This document shows positions 23,875-29,327 of a DNA stretch of 29,327 nucleotides, in pieces. This DNA comes from a virus (taxonomy: Duplodnaviria > Caudoviricetes). Each line of letters starts with the position of its first letter. Position 1 is the first letter of the stretch. The stretch lies in the IMG/VR virus record IMGVR_UViG_3300021424_002358, positions 1 through 29,327 of that record; one strand, 5' to 3'. Below the pieces are notes generated by a model that did no database searches, was not told the DNA's origin, and worked only from the letters and a program-made list of their open reading frames with translations. Position numbers and translations under genes: made by a program.

Positions 23875-24996
23875 ATGGCTACACAAGCAGAAATAAAAAA
23901 CGCATCTTTAAAAGTAAACACGGAGTTCTTCTCTCTTGAGCCTTCCTCTATCATTTCTTTGTTTGAGGTAGACTTGACTGAAATTGGATTTGATACTTCG
24001 TCTCAATTTGTAATTAATATTAAAAACTTTCAAATAAATTTACCGGGAGCAGAACGTGGTGTTTTTGATTATCGCATAATTCGATTACATAATAATCTTA
24101 AGCTCGGAAGGAGCATTATCTATTGGAAGGGTAACGCTTATTTAACTGCTCCTATCGCTACAGAAGGATTTGAAACAGCTTCAAGAGGTGTATTTCCAAA
24201 ACCAAAAGTACAGATTTCTTTTTCTGATGAAATGCTTGATGTGTTCAGCCTTTTTAGAGGTACAGTTGATTTTGGAGATTTAATTGGAGCAAAGTTTACA
24301 AGAATTAGGACTTTTGCAAAATTCCTTGATAGATCTAATTTCTATCAAAGTGACGGGGTTTCTGCGCTGTCTCCAGATAAACTGATTATTCCAGATGGGT
24401 TTGATCCAGATCCTAATTGTGAATTTCCTAGAGATATTTATTATTTTGATAGAAAATCTTCTGAAAATAAGGACAGTATTCAATTTGAATTATCAAGCGC
24501 AATAGATTTGGACAGAGCGAAACTACCAAAAAGAAGAGTCCTAAGCTATGTCTGCCCTTGGCAGTATAGAGGAGAAGGCTGTCTATATGAATACAAAACA
24601 AGATTGAACGAGGATACTCATGGCACTACTACGCCAATCCCAAATAAGAGCGATTCAACTGGAGACAAAGCACCAATTTGCGGCACAGAAGATGACCAAA
24701 TAATTTCTAAGATGAGTGTTTTTTCTGGAACTACTATTTCCAATGATCCTACTCTTTGGACTTTATCAACTACTTACAAAAAAGGAAATGTAGTTTACAT
24801 TACAAAAAAGAACATCAATTTTTATTTCATAGCAAAAACAAATGTACCTACGAATATCCCCCCACCAAATGGACAATATTGGATAGCTGATCAATGCTCT
24901 AAGAGCATAAAAGGATGCAAGATAAGATTTGGAGAAAATGCATTGCCATTCGGAGGATTCTATGGCGTTTCTAATTACAATAGAGGGGCGTTGTAA
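23875..24996 (+). CDS. lambda gpL-like minor tail protein
   Basis: IISLFEVD, PIATEGFE, P.PK, GAKFTRIRTFAKFLD..NF, FELSS, CPWQYRGEGC, DQCSKSIKGCKIRFG, LPFGGF (four Fe-S cysteines). Confidence 0.92.
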   Translation: MATQAEIKNASLKVNTEFFSLEPSSIISLFEVDLTEIGFDTSSQFVINIKNFQINLPGAERGVFDYRIIRLHNNLKLGRSIIYWKGNAYLTAPIATEGFETASRGVFPKPKVQISFSDEMLDVFSLFRGTVDFGDLIGAKFTRIRTFAKFLDRSNFYQSDGVSALSPDKLIIPDGFDPDPNCEFPRDIYYFDRKSSENKDSIQFELSSAIDLDRAKLPKRRVLSYVCPWQYRGEGCLYEYKTRLNEDTHGTTTPIPNKSDSTGDKAPICGTEDDQIISKMSVFSGTTISNDPTLWTLSTTYKKGNVVYITKKNINFYFIAKTNVPTNIPPPNGQYWIADQCSKSIKGCKIRFGENALPFGGFYGVSNYNRGAL

Positions 24997-25754
24997 TGGT
25001 TTCAGAAGAGATAAAAGCTAAAATAAAAGCACATGCATTAAAGGAAAATCCCGAAGAATGCTGCGGTCTTTTAGTTTTAGATAGGAAAAATGTATTAGAC
25101 GCTTTTCCATGCCGCAATGTTGCTCAAGATAAAGAAAACGAATTTGTTGTATGTCAAATGGATTACTTAAAGGCGTCAATACATGGCAAAATAATCGGTA
25201 TTTACCACTCTCATTGTATCCAAGATAACTCATTTTCAGAATTAGATAAGCAAATAAGCCATAAACTTAATTTAAAAAATATTGTTTACATACTTAAAAG
25301 AGACTCTTTCGAAGAGTATTCACCAGAAAATTACTATAACAAATACATTAATAAAGATTTTGTAATTGGTGAATCTGATTGTTTATCAATAGTGGAGAAT
25401 TACTATAATCAAGAATTTGGAATTAAAATTTTCCACTACGAAAGAGGGGCAGATTGGGATAAAAACTACGAAGAACTTGTAAAGCACAAACTTGCAGAGT
25501 TTTGCGACTCACAAAGTTTCGACAACTTCTTCGAAAAAGAAAACTTTATTAAAATTGAAGGTATAGAAAACGCTAAAAACCACGATATAATAGTATTTAA
25601 ATATTTCGACAACTACCCTTCTCATTTTGGAATTTACCTTGGGCAAAGCTACATTTTACACCAACCAAGAAACAAAAAATCAGTCATTGAAAAACTAACC
25701 GGTGCAGAGAAAAGAAGAATATACTGCTTTGCAAGGAGCAAAGAACTATGCTAA
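24996..25754 (+). CDS. lambda gpK-like tail assembly protein (JAB/MPN + NlpC/P60), copy 1
   Basis: EECCGL, YHSH, FSELD (JAMM); DCLSIVENYY, HFGIYLG, ILHQ (NlpC/P60). Confidence 0.88.
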   Translation: MVSEEIKAKIKAHALKENPEECCGLLVLDRKNVLDAFPCRNVAQDKENEFVVCQMDYLKASIHGKIIGIYHSHCIQDNSFSELDKQISHKLNLKNIVYILKRDSFEEYSPENYYNKYINKDFVIGESDCLSIVENYYNQEFGIKIFHYERGADWDKNYEELVKHKLAEFCDSQSFDNFFEKENFIKIEGIENAKNHDIIVFKYFDNYPSHFGIYLGQSYILHQPRNKKSVIEKLTGAEKRRIYCFARSKELC

Positions 25755-26491
25755 CGGAAGAGATTAAATTACAAATTATTAAACACGCAGATTCTTCTAA
25801 TAATGAAGTTTGCGGATTTTTGGCATATACAGACGAAGGAATCGAAGTTCAGAAAAAAGAAAACCTCATTAATTCTGCCACTGAATTTATGATGAAAGTT
25901 GATGAGCAATCTGATTACGCTGCTTATTATCATTCTCATATTGATTTTGACCAGATATCAGATGCCGACATGATTGTATCTGAAAGACTTGGACTTACCT
26001 GTATTGTTTACAATAAACAAAGTGGCACCTTTCATACTTATTCTCCTAATGGTTATAGGATTCAGTACGAAGGAAGACCTTTCCTTTTAGGTTTTGCAGA
26101 CTGCTTTTGGTTAGTGAAAGATTATTTTTGTCATGATTTAAATATCCATCTTACACCAGAGCAAGAAGTATTGAAAGAGAATCTGAGTAAAGAACAATAC
26201 GAATTAGCGATGGTTCAAAGATTTAGCAATGAAGCTGAAGTGTTAAGAACTAATGATTATTTAAAGACTTATTTTGAAATGAATGGGTTTAGACAAGTTT
26301 CTAATTTAAAGAAAAACGATGTCCTTATCATGAGGACAAAAGATTTTAATTTTCCCATTCACTGCGCTGTTTACCTTGGGGATGATACGATATTACACCA
26401 TCCCGGCAATAATCTTTCCCTTACCGAAAAGCTTTCTAAGCAGCACAAAAAATGGGTAATTTACATAATGAGACATCACCTTTATGACTAG
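25748..26491 (+). CDS. lambda gpK-like tail assembly protein (JAB/MPN + NlpC/P60), copy 2
   Basis: NEVCGF, YHSH, ISDAD; YEGRPFLLGFADCFWLVKDYF, HCAVYLG, ILHH. Confidence 0.88.
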   Translation: MLTEEIKLQIIKHADSSNNEVCGFLAYTDEGIEVQKKENLINSATEFMMKVDEQSDYAAYYHSHIDFDQISDADMIVSERLGLTCIVYNKQSGTFHTYSPNGYRIQYEGRPFLLGFADCFWLVKDYFCHDLNIHLTPEQEVLKENLSKEQYELAMVQRFSNEAEVLRTNDYLKTYFEMNGFRQVSNLKKNDVLIMRTKDFNFPIHCAVYLGDDTILHHPGNNLSLTEKLSKQHKKWVIYIMRHHLYD

Positions 26492-27221
26492 CATCACCTT
26501 ACACGGAGAAATAGCAGAACAAGTAGGAAGAGAAAACTGGAATTTAAAAGTAAATTCCATAAAGGAAGCATTGCGAGCTATTCAAGTGCTTTCTAAAGGT
26601 AAGCTATTAAAATATCTAATAGGAGCAGCGGATAAAAGCGTAGAATACAAGGTGTTAGTTAACAAAAGAGAAATACTTAATGCAGAAACAATTAGTTTAG
26701 AAAAGCCAGAGTCTATACTTAATTCTGAACTAGTAATGATAAATGAAAAACTAGAGACTTTAGATATAGTCCCACTTATTAAAGGTGCTGGTGGTGGAGG
26801 TAATAGCACTACTAAAGGAGTGTTAGCTTTAGTGCTTGGAGTTTTATTAATAGCTTCGGGCATAGGAGCGGCAGGAGGAGTTACATTCCTTGGCATGGCA
26901 GGAGTTAAAGGAGGCTTGGGTGCAACCATATTATCTAGCGCACTAATTGGAGCGGGTCTTGGCCTAGCAGTAACAGGCGTTACTTTATTAATGATGTCTC
27001 CTCCAAAATTTGATGATTTTAGAAAAATCCAAGAAGATGGCAGCAAACCAAATTACTTATTTGACGGACCTTCTAACATTCTTGGAGAGGGCGGTCCAGT
27101 TCCAATTGGCTATGGCAGAATGATAATAGGATCTCAGACTGTCCAAATTTCCTTAAACAATGTTGAACTTGATACAAAGTCAACATCAGCAGACGTAAAA
27201 GACCAAATTAATAATATCTAA
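26484..27221 (+). CDS. lambda gpI-like tail assembly protein (ubiquitin-like N-domain)
   Basis: ITLHGEIAEQVG, SIKEALRAI, IVPLIKGAG, Gly/Ala hydrophobic segment, YLFDGPSN...EGGPVPIGYGRMIIGS. Confidence 0.9.
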   Translation: MTSITLHGEIAEQVGRENWNLKVNSIKEALRAIQVLSKGKLLKYLIGAADKSVEYKVLVNKREILNAETISLEKPESILNSELVMINEKLETLDIVPLIKGAGGGGNSTTKGVLALVLGVLLIASGIGAAGGVTFLGMAGVKGGLGATILSSALIGAGLGLAVTGVTLLMMSPPKFDDFRKIQEDGSKPNYLFDGPSNILGEGGPVPIGYGRMIIGSQTVQISLNNVELDTKSTSADVKDQINNI

Positions 27222-27223
27222 AA

Positions 27224-29327
27224 ATGAACAATCTTGAAGATTTTAAATACATAAAAGGTTTTGGTGGTGGTGGAGCCGCTCAAGCTCCGACACCAACCCC
27301 TGCATATGAAGATACTGAGGGATTTCTATATGATGGTCTTACATATAATGTATATCAATTTGCAAAAGTAAAAGATCTTTTATCAGAGGGTCCAATTGGT
27401 GGTTTACTTGAAGGGCAATATTTATTTTCTGGTCAAGTTGGAGATTTAGGGTTTAAAAAAGTCACATATAATGAATACCCATCTATCGCAGGAGATGAAG
27501 GGGAGGTTAAGTATTTAAAATCAGTTCAATGGAATCAAACGCCCCTTTTAGATAGTCAAGATAAGTATAATTTTCAACAAATAAATATCCAAACAACAAA
27601 TGGCACTCCTGTAGGAACCTCATCAGGAGGAGAATTTGACAACTCATCTTATATCCGTTCTATAGGCGAGAGACTAAGAGGACCAAACCAATTAGCTTCA
27701 ATCGAAGAAGAAATACTTGATTATCAAAGGACTTACAGGATTCTAAATAGAGAATGCAAAAAAATGTCTCTCAATTTTAGAGTCTCATCTCTTTATGTTT
27801 CTTTAAAATATCAAGATCTAAAATTAATTAGCGAAAAGGTTTTAGTCATAGATGGAGTCACTAAAGCGAATATACCTTCAAGTACTTTTACTTTAAATCC
27901 TGAAGGTAGACAATTTGAACAAGGGCAAACAACATTAGATGCTGGAGTAGGATCTGTAATTCGCCATAGTTTTAAAATTAGAATAAGGATATCTCCAATT
28001 TATAAAGAAGGGTATAATGCCAATCTGCCAACTATTGATTTAATAACAAATAACCCTAAAGTAATCGATGACACTAAAGACCTAATAGTACCTGTAAATT
28101 CATTTCCTCAAGTATTTGAGATACAATCAAAAGGCAAAGTCACACAAGGGTATTCTAAGCAGATTATTTTTGACGCTTCTCTTAATTTTAATTCCTTAAG
28201 TGAAAACGATAATTGGCTAGGGTGGGATATATCAGTTTTAAAGATCACTCCAGAAGATACATATTCTTCAAGGGCTTCATTCGTAAGCTTAGAAAGTATT
28301 ACTGAAATTTACTCTTCTTCTTTTAGATATACAAATTCTGCAATCGTCACTTCAAAATTTAACGCTGCATATTTTTCAAAAATTCCAGAAAGGTCTTATG
28401 ATGTTAAACTCTTAAAAGTTAAAGTACCTTCTAACTATGATACCATAACAAAAACTTACGGTAATAATACTCCCCTTACAATATCAGAAACTAATTCATT
28501 TAAGAAAACAGACAAGGCGTTAACTCAAGATTTCTTTTTAGGAGAGAATAATTCATATACAAATTCTGACAATAATAATCCCCCAATTGTAGATGGATTA
28601 ATAGCTCAATTCGATGCAAATGTTGCTACATCTTCAGGAGGAACTGTAAATAGTTGGAATAATACAGTTGCTGGATCAACTATTAAATGTATTTTAGGTG
28701 ATGGTACTTACGTATCTCCAGTTGGCCCTAATTTTAAACCAACAAAAGGCTCAGGATTTTCTGAAACAAGCCCAAATGGAAGTTATGGAGTTTCATTTAC
28801 AACTACTCAAAAAGTAAGATTCGTTTATCAAACTGAAGCTTCTCCATTATCTGATGCTAATAATAATTACACTGTATTTGTTGTATGTAAATGGCATTCT
28901 ACTGCATTAAATACCGAAAGAAATAGAATCATTTCTTCAGATACTCTTCCTAATAGTTTTATTTTAGGATTTGACGCTAAATTTAATAATACTTTTACAA
29001 TAGGAAGTCAAATGTATGGCGCAATGCCTATTAACTTTAATGAATTTAATCGTTCTAATTATTGGAATACTGCAAATGATCCTAACACTTACATAGTAGG
29101 AGCAAGCGTAAATAATTTAAAGGATGTAAACATATTTTGGCAAAATACCAATTATTTTGTAAGACCAATTAATGCGGTTGCTGTTCCTAAAGGATTAGCT
29201 ATTAATTACACAAGCCCAAGCAAGTGTACTGTATTTGAAATCTTAGTCTACGATAAAGCTTTATCTAAATCAGATGGTATAAAGATAAGAAATTGGCTAA
29301 ATAATAAATGGAATGTAATTAGAAACG
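27224..29327 (+). CDS. lambda gpJ-like central tail fibre / host specificity protein, truncated by window end
   Basis: Not in the ORF track because it has no stop. Hand translation from ATG 27224 is open to the end: MNNLEDFKYIKGFGGGG...DLLSEGPIGGL...RYTNSAIV..KFNAAYFSKIPERSYDVKLLKVKVPSNYD, then a LamG-like domain. Confidence 0.88.
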   Translation, partial: MNNLEDFKYIKGFGGGGAAQAPTPTPAYEDTEGFLYDGLTYNVYQFAKVKDLLSEGPIGGLLEGQYLFSGQVGDLGFKKVTYNEYPSIAGDEGEVKYLKSVQWNQTPLLDSQDKYNFQQINIQTTNGTPVGTSSGGEFDNSSYIRSIGERLRGPNQLASIEEEILDYQRTYRILNRECKKMSLNFRVSSLYVSLKYQDLKLISEKVLVIDGVTKANIPSSTFTLNPEGRQFEQGQTTLDAGVGSVIRHSFKIRIRISPIYKEGYNANLPTIDLITNNPKVIDDTKDLIVPVNSFPQVFEIQSKGKVTQGYSKQIIFDASLNFNSLSENDNWLGWDISVLKITPEDTYSSRASFVSLESITEIYSSSFRYTNSAIVTSKFNAAYFSKIPERSYDVKLLKVKVPSNYDTITKTYGNNTPLTISETNSFKKTDKALTQDFFLGENNSYTNSDNNNPPIVDGLIAQFDANVATSSGGTVNSWNNTVAGSTIKCILGDGTYVSPVGPNFKPTKGSGFSETSPNGSYGVSFTTTQKVRFVYQTEASPLSDANNNYTVFVVCKWHSTALNTERNRIISSDTLPNSFILGFDAKFNNTFTIGSQMYGAMPINFNEFNRSNYWNTANDPNTYIVGASVNNLKDVNIFWQNTNYFVRPINAVAVPKGLAINYTSPSKCTVFEILVYDKALSKSDGIKIRNWLNNKWNVIRN

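Noticed and set aside
302-26582. Short antisense or alternate-frame ORFs in the track (e.g. 302-505, 3582-3863, 5814-6083, 11844-12026, 20539-20844, 23252-23461, 26582-27046)
   Set aside because: All overlap well-supported genes almost entirely and show no recognisable motifs; treated as shadow ORFs.
1-29327. Stop-codon reassignment, tRNA/rRNA genes, or a cellular origin
   Set aside because: TAA, TGA and TAG all end genes at tight junctions, intergenic gaps are too short for structured RNA genes, and the divergent replication genes plus tail cluster indicate a phage.

Overview
AT-rich, densely coded fragment of a large tailed dsDNA phage genome, probably a siphovirus morphotype, with no sign of stop-codon reassignment. 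It has three blocks. (1) 67-15041 (+): a replication/recombination operon (RecA-like recombinase, DUF559-like nuclease, DnaB, DnaG-like primase, Cas4/RecB-like nuclease, a C-family DNA polymerase split into PHP, DEDDh exonuclease and DnaE core genes, a Whirly-like ssDNA-binding protein, a Rad52/Sak-like annealing protein) interleaved with sugar genes (gmd, a GT4 fusion protein, and a GT9-like enzyme split over two ORFs). (2) 15038-23258 (-): three paralogous tail-tube-like proteins and a 1835-aa IPT/TIG + LamG adhesin. (3) 23317-end (+): a lambda-like tail-tip cluster (gpM, gpL, two gpK paralogs, gpI, and a gpJ truncated by the window edge and absent from the ORF track). The best leads are the tripartite polymerase with a metal-ligand-less PHP subunit, the Whirly-like SSB, the split/fused glycosyltransferase system, and the duplicated JAB/NlpC gpK pair beside a shared IKG-x-GGGG motif in gpI and gpJ. 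All family calls come from motif recognition by eye; no database search was run.
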